From an uncultured Actinomycetota bacterium (lineage in GTDB: Bacteria; Actinomycetota; Actinomycetes; Mycobacteriales; Nakamurellaceae), in NCBI GenBank assembly GCA_963785455.1, contig CAWAVL010000014.1:145444-209443 (forward strand): DNA of 64,000 nt. The letters are read 5' to 3'. The position numbers and the translations under genes are program-made. Positions within the stretch are counted from its first letter, which is position 1; every line of letters starts with the position of its first letter. The notes beneath the pieces are model-generated. The model was given only the letters and a program-made list of their open reading frames with translations. It did not search any database and was not told the origin of the DNA. Of the stretch, positions 50,812 through 62,486 are shown in pieces.

Positions 50812-53800
50812 TCATCGGAAGTCCCGGGAGGGCGTGGTGGCCACCAGGTCGACCGCGGCGATCCGATCGGCGACGATCGAGATCGACCCACCGGCGCGCT
50901 CCACCACTCCCCGGACGACCAGCGACGGCGAGCCGCGCGCCACCCGCCGGTACCGCGACCACAGCCCGATGGAGCAGATGACGTTGATCATCCCGGACTC
51001 GTCCTCGAGGTTGATGAAGATGACCCCGGATGCGGTCGCCGGCCGCTGCCGGTGGGTGACCACCCCGGCGACCAGCACCCTGGTTCCGTGTTCCACCATG
51101 TGCAGGTCGACCGCCGTCCGCACCCCCCAAGCGGTGAGCGTCTCGCGGGAGAACTCGGTGGGATAGGTCTCCGGCGAGATCCCGGTGGCCCAGATGTCGG
51201 CGATGGTCAGCTCGATGTCGCTCATCCCGGGCAGCACCGGTGCGTCCAGACCGACGGTGCTGCCCGGCAGCGTGCCCGCGATGGGGCCGGCCGCGGCGCC
51301 CGCCGCCCAGAGCGCGCGTCGCCGGTCCTTGCCGGCCCGTGCCCGCATCCCGGTCAGCACGTCGAGGGCGCCTGCGGTGGCCAGCGCCTCCGCCTGTGGT
51401 GTGGTCAGCGTGACGGCCCTGGTGAGCTCATCCAAGGTCGGGTACCCGGCCGCGGGTCGACGGTCGACGATCTGCTCGGCCACCTCGGTGCCGATGGTCC
51501 GGATACCGGCCAGGCCGAGCCGCACCGCCGGTGCGCCGCCGGGCCCCGGCTCGAGATCGGCGTTCACGCCGGAAGAATTGACGTCCGGGCGGCGCACCGT
51601 CACCCCGTGCCGGCGGGCGTCTGCGACCAGGGACTGCGGGGAGTAGAAGCCCATCGGCTGGGCGCGCAGCAGCGCGGCGCAGAACGCGGCCGGGTGGTGC
51701 AGTTTGAGCCAGGACGAGTAGAACACCAGCGCCGCGAAGGACAACGCGTGCGACTCGGCGAACCCGAAGTTGGCGAACGCCAGCAGCCGCTCGTAGATCC
51801 GGTCGGCGGTGTCACCGGTGAGGCCGTGCAAGGTACGCATCCCGTCGTACAGCCGGCCCTTGAGCTTCTCCATCTTCTCGCCGGAACGTTTGGCGCCCAT
51901 GGCCCTTCGCAGCTGGTCGGCGCCGCCGGCGTCGAACCCGGCGACGTCGACGGCAAGCTGCATGAGCTGCTCCTGGAACAGCGGGATACCGAGCGTCTTC
52001 TCCAGGGACCGCTTCATCACCGGGTGGTCGTAGGTCACCGGTTCCTCGCCGTTGCGGCGGCGGATGTAGGGGTGCACGGAACCGCCCTGGATGGGGCCGG
52101 GGCGGATCAGCGCCACCTCCACCACGAGGTCGTAGAACGTGCGCGGCTTGAGCCGGGGCAGTGTCGCCATCTGTGCCCGGGATTCCACCTGGAACACCCC
52201 CACCGAGTCGGCGCGGCGCAGCATCTCGTACACCGCGGGCTCCTCCAGGTCCAATTGCGCGAAGTCGACGTCGATTCCCTCGTGCTCGCGCACCAGGTCG
52301 ACGGCATAGTGCAGGGCGGAGAGCATGCCCAGACCCAGCAGGTCGAATTTCACCAGGCCCATTGCGGCGCAGTCGTCCTTGTCCCATTGCAGCACCGAGC
52401 GGTTCTCCATTCGACCCCATTCCACCGGGCACACCTGGGCCACCGGCCGGTCGCAGATCACCATTCCACCGGAATGGATACCCAGATGCCGGGGAAAGTC
52501 CTGAATCTGCGCGGCGAGGGCCAGGACGTCCGCGGGAATGGGGTGCTCGATGCTGCCACCCCCGGAGGTGGCCTCCTTGATCTGCGCGGCCAGCGGTGAC
52601 CAGCCGTCGAGTTGTTTGGAGTAGGCGTCCTGCTGGCCGGGTGAGTGACCGAGCGCCTTGGCCATGTCCCGGACCGCCATTCGCGGACGAAACGTGTTGA
52701 CGTTTGCTACTTGTGCGGCATATTCGCGGCCGTACCGCTGGTAGACGTACTGGATGACCTCCTCGCGGCGGTCGGACTCGATGTCGATGTCGATGTCCGG
52801 CGGACCGTCCCTTTCCGGTGCCAGAAACCGCTCGAACAACAATTGGTAACGCACCGCATCGACGGCGGTGATGCCCAACGCGTAGCAAACGGCGGAATTC
52901 GCCGCGGATCCGCGACCCTGACAGAAGATGTTTGCCCTACGGCAGAAATCGACGATGTCGTGGACGATGAGGAAATAACCGGGGAAATTGAGATCGGCGA
53001 TGATCTTCAATTCCTTGTGGATCTGCTCGTAGGCATCCGGCCGCTGCTCCGGGGTGCCGTACCGGGTGGCCGCGCCGGCCAGGGCGAGCTGCCGCAGATG
53101 GGAGTTCTCGTCGTGCCCCGGCGGCACGTCGTACGGCGGCAGTTGCGGCGCCACCAGGTGCAGGTCGAAGGAGCATTCCGCACCGATCGCGGCGGCGGTG
53201 GGCACGGCCGTCGGGTACCGGGCGAACAGTGCCGCCATCTCGGCGCCCGACCGCAGGTGCGCCCCCGCGCCGGGCGGCAGGAACGGGTCGGCCTCGTCCA
53301 GGCTGCGCCGTCCGCGCACAGCCGCCATCGCCGCCGCCACCCTGCTCGACGGTGGCGCCGCATAATGCGCGCCGGTGGTCGCGACGACCGGCAGGCCGAG
53401 TTCCGCAGCGAGGTCTGCGAGGGCGTCGTTGTCCTCGTCGTCGGTGGGCAGCAGTTGGGTGGTCAATTCCACCAGGACGTTGGCACGCCCGAACCGGTCC
53501 ATCAGGTCGCGGATCTCGGCTCGCGCCGCCGACGGACCGTACCGTGCGAGCGCCCGCCGGACGCGACCCTTGCGGCACCCGGTGAGGATCAGCCAGTGAT
53601 CTCCCGCCGCTTCGGCCAGGTCATCGAGATCGTAGACGGGGCGACCTTTCTCGCCGCCGTTCAGTTGGGCACGGCTGATCTGGGCGGACAGTCTGTTGTA
53701 CCCCTCCTGGCCACGGGCCAGGATCAGCAGGTGGTCACCGACGGGGTCGGCCACACCCATCTGGGGTTCGGGCAGGCCGAACGACAACTCCGCGCCGTAC

Positions 53801-54204
53801 AGCGTGCGCAGTCCGGTGTCGGCAGCCGCCTCGGCGAACCGGACGATGCCGTAAAGCCCGTCGTGGTCGGTGATGGCCAGGGCGTCCAGGCCCAACCGGA
53901 GGGCTTCGGCCACCAGCAGCTCGGGGGTGGAGGCGCCGTCGAGGAAGCTGAAGGCGGAGTGGCAGTGCAACTCCGCATAGGGCACCCGGGTGGCCAGATC
54001 GATCGGGCCGGTTGTCTCCACCACCGGTCGTTGCCGTCGCTGCGAGCTGGGGTATTCGATCGGTGCAGCGTCCGGGTCAGGTTCGGGACGGTCGTGACCC
54101 AGAGGCCGGAGCGGGCCGACGGGTCCCCGGCCGGGCCGCGGGGGTTTGCCGGACAGCGCCCGTTCCAGGTCTTTCCACGGGACGGCGGGGTTGGACCAGC
54201 CCAT
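50812..54204 (-). CDS. dnaE2: error-prone DNA polymerase III alpha
   Basis: PHP domain ELHCHSAFSFLDGAS, QGRGSAANS, PPDIDIDIE, RHLGIHSGG, KFDLLGLGML, OB fold with FINLEDESG. Confidence 0.97.
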   Translation of the reverse strand: MGWSNPAVPWKDLERALSGKPPRPGRGPVGPLRPLGHDRPEPDPDAAPIEYPSSQRRQRPVVETTGPIDLATRVPYAELHCHSAFSFLDGASTPELLVAEALRLGLDALAITDHDGLYGIVRFAEAAADTGLRTLYGAELSFGLPEPQMGVADPVGDHLLILARGQEGYNRLSAQISRAQLNGGEKGRPVYDLDDLAEAAGDHWLILTGCRKGRVRRALARYGPSAARAEIRDLMDRFGRANVLVELTTQLLPTDDEDNDALADLAAELGLPVVATTGAHYAAPPSSRVAAAMAAVRGRRSLDEADPFLPPGAGAHLRSGAEMAALFARYPTAVPTAAAIGAECSFDLHLVAPQLPPYDVPPGHDENSHLRQLALAGAATRYGTPEQRPDAYEQIHKELKIIADLNFPGYFLIVHDIVDFCRRANIFCQGRGSAANSAVCYALGITAVDAVRYQLLFERFLAPERDGPPDIDIDIESDRREEVIQYVYQRYGREYAAQVANVNTFRPRMAVRDMAKALGHSPGQQDAYSKQLDGWSPLAAQIKEATSGGGSIEHPIPADVLALAAQIQDFPRHLGIHSGGMVICDRPVAQVCPVEWGRMENRSVLQWDKDDCAAMGLVKFDLLGLGMLSALHYAVDLVREHEGIDVDFAQLDLEEPAVYEMLRRADSVGVFQVESRAQMATLPRLKPRTFYDLVVEVALIRPGPIQGGSVHPYIRRRNGEEPVTYDHPVMKRSLEKTLGIPLFQEQLMQLAVDVAGFDAGGADQLRRAMGAKRSGEKMEKLKGRLYDGMRTLHGLTGDTADRIYERLLAFANFGFAESHALSFAALVFYSSWLKLHHPAAFCAALLRAQPMGFYSPQSLVADARRHGVTVRRPDVNSSGVNADLEPGPGGAPAVRLGLAGIRTIGTEVAEQIVDRRPAAGYPTLDELTRAVTLTTPQAEALATAGALDVLTGMRARAGKDRRRALWAAGAAAGPIAGTLPGSTVGLDAPVLPGMSDIELTIADIWATGISPETYPTEFSRETLTAWGVRTAVDLHMVEHGTRVLVAGVVTHRQRPATASGVIFINLEDESGMINVICSIGLWSRYRRVARGSPSLVVRGVVERAGGSISIVADRIAAVDLVATTPSRDFR

Positions 54205-55796
54205 CAGTCGTACACCCCTTCGATGCTCCAGCCGTCGGGTGTCGACCGTGCGAGCACGGCCCTCCCGTCATCGATGACGAGCTGAACTCGCGCTCCTGCG
54301 GGTGCCCGGTCGCTCGACCACCAGCGCTCGTCGAGCAACCACGGGCCGGCCCACGCCTCGACCCGATGCCGGGTGTCGTGCACCAGCCAGGTCGGTGGTC
54401 CGGTCAGCAGGCCCCGGCCGGTGAGGTGCACCGGCCGCCCGTCGTCGTCGAGGACGGTGATCCTCTCCGGATCACCCAGCCTTGCCGGGGAGGGGGCCGG
54501 CAACGACCCGGGCCACGGATCGGAAGGCTCTCTGGCACTGACCTTTTCGTCTCCCCAGGGCACCAGCGTGACGCGGTCCGCGGGACTGCGGCCACCGGAT
54601 GGCACCGGCGCCAGCACCGACTCCGGACCGAGCAGACCCTGCACGCGGGCAAAGGCCCAACCGGCCCGCTGGTCGTCCTGCCCGTCGGAACCCCACAGCC
54701 CGTACTGGATGCGCCCGGCACCGAGCGCCTCGATCGGTTCCAGCGTCAGCCGGGTGATGGCGCCCGGTCCCCCGGCCGCGCTCATCCCCGGGACAGCGCC
54801 GGTACGACCGGCGGTGAGCCAACCGTCGAGTTGCCAGCGCAACCGGTCCGCGGTGGCCGCCGCGGTCAACGGCGCCGCGCACCGCCAGATCCTGGTGAGG
54901 GTGGCGTCCCGTTCGGTGACGGCGGTGATGGCCAGCCTGGTGCAGGCCAGACCGGCATCGGCGAGTCTGACGTGGAACCGCTCGGCCAGCGCCCGCGCCG
55001 CGAACGCGGCCGTGTCGACGCGTTCCAGCGGCGGATCACAGACCTGTTCCACGGTCAGCTCCTGCGGCAGTTGCCGCCGGGATACGCCACGTTCACCCAG
55101 TCCCCGGGCGAGCCGGTGGGCCTGCACACCATCGGCGCCGAACCGGGTCGCCACCTTTCCTTCGGGCAGTGCGGCGAAAGCCCCGGCGGTGGTGATGCCG
55201 AGGCGGATGAGCAGGTCGGTCAGCGCCGCGCGCTCCGGTGGGCTGATGGCCGGGTCCCGCGCCAGTTCGGTGATCGGCAACGGCGCGCAGAACGCGGCGG
55301 ATCCACCGGGCGGAACGATGGTGGCGCGGTGCGCGGCCAACACCGCAACGGGGAGCACGTCGGCGATCCCGACCGAGCATTCGATGTCCAGTGCCTCGAC
55401 GACGTCGACAATCCGCTCGGCGGCAGCGATCTCGCTGCCGAAATACCGCCGCGGACCGCGGGCGGGACACGCGACGACCCCGGACCGGAGGATCTCCACG
55501 GCGGGTGCGACGGATTCGACGGCAGCGGCCACCGGCTCGAAGAGGCGGCCGTCGCGATCGTGATCGACCTGGGCGATGAGCAGGTCTGGGCATCGCGATT
55601 GGGCATCCCGCCGCCGCTGGCCGACCGTGATCCCCTCCGCCCGCGCCGCCGCGGTGCAGGCCTGCACACGGTTCGCGTGGAAAACGGCAACCGGATCGCT
55701 CGCCGGCCGGCCGGCATGTCGGGCCGCCGCCACAGCCGGCCAGTCGGGGCACCAGACGACCAGCGTTCGGGCGCGTTCGTCGCGATCGGTGGTCAT
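54204..55796 (-). CDS. imuB: ImuB Y-family-like mutasome subunit
   Basis: LVVWCPDWP, QSRCP, FEPVAAAVE, C-terminal WAGPW..DERWW; TGATG coupling to dnaE2. Confidence 0.93.
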   Translation of the reverse strand: MTTDRDERARTLVVWCPDWPAVAAARHAGRPASDPVAVFHANRVQACTAAARAEGITVGQRRRDAQSRCPDLLIAQVDHDRDGRLFEPVAAAVESVAPAVEILRSGVVACPARGPRRYFGSEIAAAERIVDVVEALDIECSVGIADVLPVAVLAAHRATIVPPGGSAAFCAPLPITELARDPAISPPERAALTDLLIRLGITTAGAFAALPEGKVATRFGADGVQAHRLARGLGERGVSRRQLPQELTVEQVCDPPLERVDTAAFAARALAERFHVRLADAGLACTRLAITAVTERDATLTRIWRCAAPLTAAATADRLRWQLDGWLTAGRTGAVPGMSAAGGPGAITRLTLEPIEALGAGRIQYGLWGSDGQDDQRAGWAFARVQGLLGPESVLAPVPSGGRSPADRVTLVPWGDEKVSAREPSDPWPGSLPAPSPARLGDPERITVLDDDGRPVHLTGRGLLTGPPTWLVHDTRHRVEAWAGPWLLDERWWSSDRAPAGARVQLVIDDGRAVLARSTPDGWSIEGVYD

Positions 55797-57346
55797 GATT
55801 CGCCTGCTGCCTGGCACAGGGCGCTGACGGAGTCGGTGAGGTGGAAGGGTTCGCCTCGCCAGCCGGGTCGGATGAGGTCGGGGTGGTACGGGTCGGGGTC
55901 CAGGGGTGCGGGGTCCGGTGGTAGGGCGGGGTTGGCCGGGATGGGCACCCGGGTCGGGGTGCGGAACACCCATCCCCCTCCTCCGCCGCCGCCTCCGCCG
56001 CCGTCGCTGTGGGGGTGCTGGTCGGTGGGTTCGATGGTGAACCCGTCCTCGTGGACGGTCATGTGGTGGGCGCGGCACAGCAGGATCAGGTTGTCCAGGT
56101 CAGTGAGCCCGCCGTGCAACCAGTGCACGATGTGATGCGCCTGCAGGTGCAACCGCCGGTGACAGCCGGGGAACCGGCACCCGCCATCCCGGATCCGCAA
56201 CGCCCGCCGCAACGCCGGCGAGATCTTCCGGGTCTTACGCCCCAACCGCAGTTGCTCCCCCGGCACCGCGGAATTGATCAACGCCACCAACGCCGCGTCG
56301 CAGGCGATTCGCCGCGCGGTCGCGGTGTCCACCCCCGGGCCGTGCTCGATCCGGCACACCCCACCGGTCACACCGGGATCATCACCGGCCGCCGGGTCCA
56401 CGGCGGGGTTGGCAGTGGGTCCGGTCAGTGCGGCGGGGTCGGCGTGCAGCACCAGCAGGTGCCGGTCGTCACCGGAGGAATCCACCGGGCCCGCGGCCAA
56501 CGCGGTGTGCGCCAACGCCATCACCGCGTCCGCCTCCCACCCCGCACCCACCCGGCCGGCCGCACCGGTGTCGGGACCCGGACCTGGGCCGGTGGCGGGG
56601 TCGGTGGCGGGGTCGGGTGGGGTGTCCCGGGCGGCGGCCATCGTCAACGCCGCCACCAGCACCGCCCCCTCATCGGCGGGGAGCCGCGCGGTGAGCACCA
56701 GCATCCCGTCCTCGTCGAAGAACCACCGCGCCCGCCGCCGCGCCTGCTGATCCCGACCCGTCCCATCGACCTTGCGGTAGCCCCGCACCACCCGCTCCAA
56801 CTGCGCCGCGGTATGCACCAGCGCCTGCTCCAACAACGTCGCCTCCGGCACCCGGTCGGCGACCCGGGTCACCGCCCGCACCTTCGAATACGACAACCGG
56901 CCCGCGCACAACGCCTGCGCCAACAACGGCAACCCGGTCAACGCCGACGCCACCCGCACGTACTCCCGCGCCGCCCCCGGCGCCACCGAACACGCCCACG
57001 ACAACCAGTGCGCACACGACCGCACCCCCCACTGCGCCCACCCCTTCCGCCGGTCGAACTCGGCCACCAGCCCCAACCACACCCCCGTCGACGACGCCAA
57101 CGCCCCCGCCAACGCACAGATCCGCGACTCCAACACCCCCACCGGCACCACCACAACACCATCAGCACCCGACGCAGCACCGGGCGCAGCACCGGGCGCG
57201 GGCACCACCGGGATGGCCGCACCCGGCACCGGTGCCGACCCCCGCCGCCGCGGCGCGCTCTGCCACATCAACGACAGGTCATCACCATCGAAGTCGAACT
57301 CGCCGTCATCGCCGGCATGGAAGTCCACCACCATCACCCCACCCAC
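55793..57346 (-). CDS. DUF222 / HNH endonuclease (13E12-repeat-like) protein inserted between imuA and imuB
   Basis: EFDRRKGWAQWGVRSCAHWLSWAC and LSYSKVRAVTRVA (DUF222), ARRIACDA, LRIRDGGCRFPGC...AHHIVHWLHGG.TDLDNL.LLCRAHH..VH (Zn-HNH); start may be ATG 57334. Confidence 0.93.
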   Translation of the reverse strand: MGGVMVVDFHAGDDGEFDFDGDDLSLMWQSAPRRRGSAPVPGAAIPVVPAPGAAPGAASGADGVVVVPVGVLESRICALAGALASSTGVWLGLVAEFDRRKGWAQWGVRSCAHWLSWACSVAPGAAREYVRVASALTGLPLLAQALCAGRLSYSKVRAVTRVADRVPEATLLEQALVHTAAQLERVVRGYRKVDGTGRDQQARRRARWFFDEDGMLVLTARLPADEGAVLVAALTMAAARDTPPDPATDPATGPGPGPDTGAAGRVGAGWEADAVMALAHTALAAGPVDSSGDDRHLLVLHADPAALTGPTANPAVDPAAGDDPGVTGGVCRIEHGPGVDTATARRIACDAALVALINSAVPGEQLRLGRKTRKISPALRRALRIRDGGCRFPGCHRRLHLQAHHIVHWLHGGLTDLDNLILLCRAHHMTVHEDGFTIEPTDQHPHSDGGGGGGGGGGWVFRTPTRVPIPANPALPPDPAPLDPDPYHPDLIRPGWRGEPFHLTDSVSALCQAAGES

Positions 57347-57353
57347 CCATCAC

Positions 57354-57374
57354 TCGAACATGTGTTCGAGACTA
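57354..57374 (-). promoter_or_regulatory. LexA SOS box overlapping a -10 element, upstream of the HNH gene
   Basis: TCGAACATGTGTTCGA (57354-57369) matches actinobacterial TCGAAC-N4-GTTCGA; TAGTCT -10 on the minus strand at 57374-57369. Confidence 0.88.
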
Positions 57375-57469
57375 GCCCGGGGCACCGACAACGGCCATCA
57401 CACCGACGGCGGACTCGTTCGGACCCAGGCAGGCGACAGCCTCTTGACCGCCCGGGTCACGCAACCCGA

Positions 57470-57487
57470 GCGTTTCCGCGGAAACGC
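57470..57487. repeat. perfect 18-bp palindrome GCGTTTCCGCGGAAACGC, with a degenerate copy at 57600-57616
   Basis: Self-complementary by inspection; second copy CGTTCTCGCGGAAACGC. Confidence 0.85.
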
Positions 57488-57648
57488 CCCTCTTTCAAAA
57501 CGGCCGAGCAGGCGCACGACGACAGCTCCGGAAGCCATCACATCGGCGGCAACCTTCGCGGACACCTTCCCACCGCCGGGCCACGCGAGCGAACCGAAAC
57601 GTTCTCGCGGAAACGCGTCGCCACCAGTGAGGAAACCTCCCGGGACAG

Positions 57649-57682
57649 CGACATCACGGAACGGCGACATCACGGAACGGCG
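57649..57682. repeat. 16-nt tandem duplication CGACATCACGGAACGG x2
   Basis: 57649-57664 and 57665-57680 identical, followed by CG. Confidence 0.85.
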
Positions 57683-57873
57683 CCGTGGTGGATGATCTCG
57701 CGATGATGTGCAGCACCAGCGCAGCCATCCGCCAGGCGATGGTGGTGACCGGTACCGGCGTGGGTTCGGGATAGGTGAAGTCGATGATGAAATCGCCCGA
57801 GAAGCACTCCTATCGCTGAGTCCGTCCCACCGGGGGCACAGGTGGTTCTCCCAGTGCCAGCTCAGCTGCTGTG

Positions 57874-58593
57874 TCATCCGACATCCGCCACCGGCTCGTA
57901 GGTCTCCGGTGGCACGCGAGGTACGACCGGCGCCGGGGCGGCGGCGATCTCGACGGTGGTCCGCCCGGCCCGTAGGAGCAACACCGCCTGGTGCGTCCGA
58001 CCGGCCGCCGCGCCACGTCCGCCGACCTCCACCACCAGTTCACGGTCGCGGAGCCGGCCATGCCCCTGACCAAGGCCGGCCCAGCTGATCCAACGCGCGG
58101 TCAGCACCAGATCGGCGCCCGGCCACGGGCCCATCACGAGCAGAACAGCACCGCGTTGACGGAGCCGGCCGGTGAGCACCCGCTGCAGGGACGGGCTGGG
58201 CCGGGCGGTGGCGGGTAGTGCCACGGCGATCATGTCGACGCCGTCCACCAGGATCGACAACACCTGCAGTACATCGGGTCCCGGCTCGGGGATGACGACC
58301 ATCCGGTCCAGGTCGACGCCGAATTCCGCCGCAGCGGCCAACCCGACCCCGGGCATCCCGACCAGCGCCGCCCAGGCGTCGGGCGGTCCGGACAGCAGCG
58401 TGAACAGCAGGCTCGTCGCGCCGTGGCCGCGCACGCTGACCACCGATCCAGGTGCAAGACCACCGCGTGGCAGCACGGCGGCGAGCGGCGCGACCACCGG
58501 GATCACCCTGCCGGTCTCCGTGGCCGGTTCCGGGCTGACCGAGCCGATGCGGGAGCGCAACTCCTGCAGCACCTTGGCCCGGTCATCGAACAT
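57874..58593 (-). CDS. imuA: ImuA' (RecA/SulA-like) mutasome subunit
   Basis: LPRGGLAPGSVV, GATSLL, WAALVG, GVDLDRMVVIP.PG, RLRQRGAVLL; upstream of imuB-dnaE2 with SOS box. Confidence 0.88.
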   Translation of the reverse strand: MFDDRAKVLQELRSRIGSVSPEPATETGRVIPVVAPLAAVLPRGGLAPGSVVSVRGHGATSLLFTLLSGPPDAWAALVGMPGVGLAAAAEFGVDLDRMVVIPEPGPDVLQVLSILVDGVDMIAVALPATARPSPSLQRVLTGRLRQRGAVLLVMGPWPGADLVLTARWISWAGLGQGHGRLRDRELVVEVGGRGAAAGRTHQAVLLLRAGRTTVEIAAAPAPVVPRVPPETYEPVADVG

Positions 58594-58606
58594 GCGTTCG
58601 AGACTA
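58586..58606 (-). promoter_or_regulatory. LexA SOS box and -10 element over the imuA start (leaderless geometry)
   Basis: TCGAACATGCGTTCGA at 58586-58601; TAGTCT-N7-ATG(58593) on the minus strand. Confidence 0.88.
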
Positions 58607-58644
58607 GGTCCACGGGTCACGGCCTGGCAACCACAGCCGGAGAA

Positions 58645-59277
58645 CTAGAGAGTCGCGACCCATCGACGGAGCACCTCGGCGCCGGCATCACCGGATTTCT
58701 CCGGGTGGAACTGGGTCGCCGACAGCGGACCGTTCTCCACCGCGGCCACGAACCGGTCACCACCGTGCTCGGCCCAGGTCACCACCGGCGGCACGAACCG
58801 GCCGCCGGCCTCGAGTTCCCAGCGGCGCACGGCATAGGAATGCACGAAGTAGTAGCGGGTTTCGGGATCGGCGCCTTCGAACAGCACCGAGCCGGCCCCC
58901 GGTTCAACCGTGTTCCAGCCCATGTGCGGCACGATCGGCGCCTGCAGCCGTTCCACGGTGCCGGGCCACTCCCCCACACCGGCGGTCTCGACGCCGTGTT
59001 CCACGCCCCGGTCGAACAGGATCTGCATGCCCACACAGATGCCCAGCACCGGCCGGCCACCCGCGACCCGCCGGTCGATGATCCGCTGTCCGCGCACCGC
59101 CGACAGCCCCGCCATGCAGGCCTCGTACGCCCCGACACCCGGCACGACCAGGCCATCGGCGTTCAGCGCGGCATCGAAATCGTCGGTGACGACCACGTCG
59201 GCACCGGTCCGGCGCAGGGCCCGTTCCGCGGACGCCAGATTCCCCGACCCGTAATCCAGTACGACCACACCGCTCAT
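58645..59277 (-). CDS. hisH: imidazole glycerol phosphate synthase glutaminase subunit
   Basis: [41 protein letters not shown]. Confidence 0.97.
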   Translation of the reverse strand: MSGVVVLDYGSGNLASAERALRRTGADVVVTDDFDAALNADGLVVPGVGAYEACMAGLSAVRGQRIIDRRVAGGRPVLGICVGMQILFDRGVEHGVETAGVGEWPGTVERLQAPIVPHMGWNTVEPGAGSVLFEGADPETRYYFVHSYAVRRWELEAGGRFVPPVVTWAEHGGDRFVAAVENGPLSATQFHPEKSGDAGAEVLRRWVATL

Positions 59278-59284
59278 CGATCCG

Positions 59285-59446
59285 TCACGACTCCCCGATC
59301 AACCACAGGATTCCGCCGACGATGCACCCGGCGGCGAAGACCCCCAACACCACGGCGGCAGGCACCGACTTCTTCCCCACCGACAGCACACCGCCCACCA
59401 GGAAACCGCCGACGGCCAGCAACAGGATCGGCAGGATCTGGCTCAC
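59285..59446 (-). CDS. 53-aa two-TM membrane protein in the his operon (absent from the ORF track)
   Basis: GTG overlaps the hisB stop (GTGA); [52 protein letters not shown]; stops 7 nt before hisH. Confidence 0.8.
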   Translation of the reverse strand: MSQILPILLLAVGGFLVGGVLSVGKKSVPAAVVLGVFAAGCIVGGILWLIGES

Positions 59447-60042
59447 AGCACGCCCTTGGTCGACGGGATGCCCTGCACCCGTGGGTCCGGCTCCACCGCC
59501 TGCCGCAGCGCCCGGGCGATCGCCTTGTACTGCGCCTCGCAGATGTGGTGCGGGTCGCGCCCGTAGATCACCCGGACGTGCAGCGCGATCCGGGCGTGGA
59601 AGGCCAGGGAGTCGAACACGTGCCGGTTGAGCACCACCGGATAGTTGTTCCCGACGGTGAACCCGAGCACCGACTCCGGTTCACCGGTGTGCACCGAGAA
59701 CGGCCGCCCCGACACGTCGACCGCCGCATGCGCCAGCGTCTCGTCCATCGGGATGAAGGCATCACCGAACCGGCGGATCCCGGCCTTGTCGCCCAGCGCC
59801 TGACCGATCGCCTGGCCCAGCACGATTGCCGTGTCCTCCACGGTGTGGTGTGCGTCGATGTCGACGTCACCGACCGCGCGGACCGTCAGATCGAAATTGC
59901 CGTGTACCCCGAACGCGGTGAGCATGTGGTCGTAGAACCGCACCCCGGTGGAGATCTCGACCTTCCCGGTGCCGTCCAGGTTCAGATCGACCAGCACCGA
60001 CGATTCACTCGTCGCGCGTTCGATCCGGGCGTGGCGCTGCAT
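59443..60042 (-). CDS. hisB: imidazoleglycerol-phosphate dehydratase
   Basis: [39 protein letters not shown]. Confidence 0.97.
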   Translation of the reverse strand: MQRHARIERATSESSVLVDLNLDGTGKVEISTGVRFYDHMLTAFGVHGNFDLTVRAVGDVDIDAHHTVEDTAIVLGQAIGQALGDKAGIRRFGDAFIPMDETLAHAAVDVSGRPFSVHTGEPESVLGFTVGNNYPVVLNRHVFDSLAFHARIALHVRVIYGRDPHHICEAQYKAIARALRQAVEPDPRVQGIPSTKGVL

Positions 60043-60059
60043 CACAGACTGGCCCTGCA

Positions 60060-62482
<2,423 letters not shown>

Positions 62483-62486
62483 GGGT

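Noticed and set aside
55797-57873. Terminal inverted repeats or target-site duplication for the HNH insertion
   Set aside because: Only a 7-bp CTGGCAC/GTGCCAG match near the ends, which is not significant in 70% GC DNA; no transposase.
57398-57877. 159-aa ORF overlapping the imuA stop (ATGA)
   Set aside because: Low-complexity Ser/Pro/Arg-rich translation of a repeat-containing spacer with no ImuB-like or other motif.
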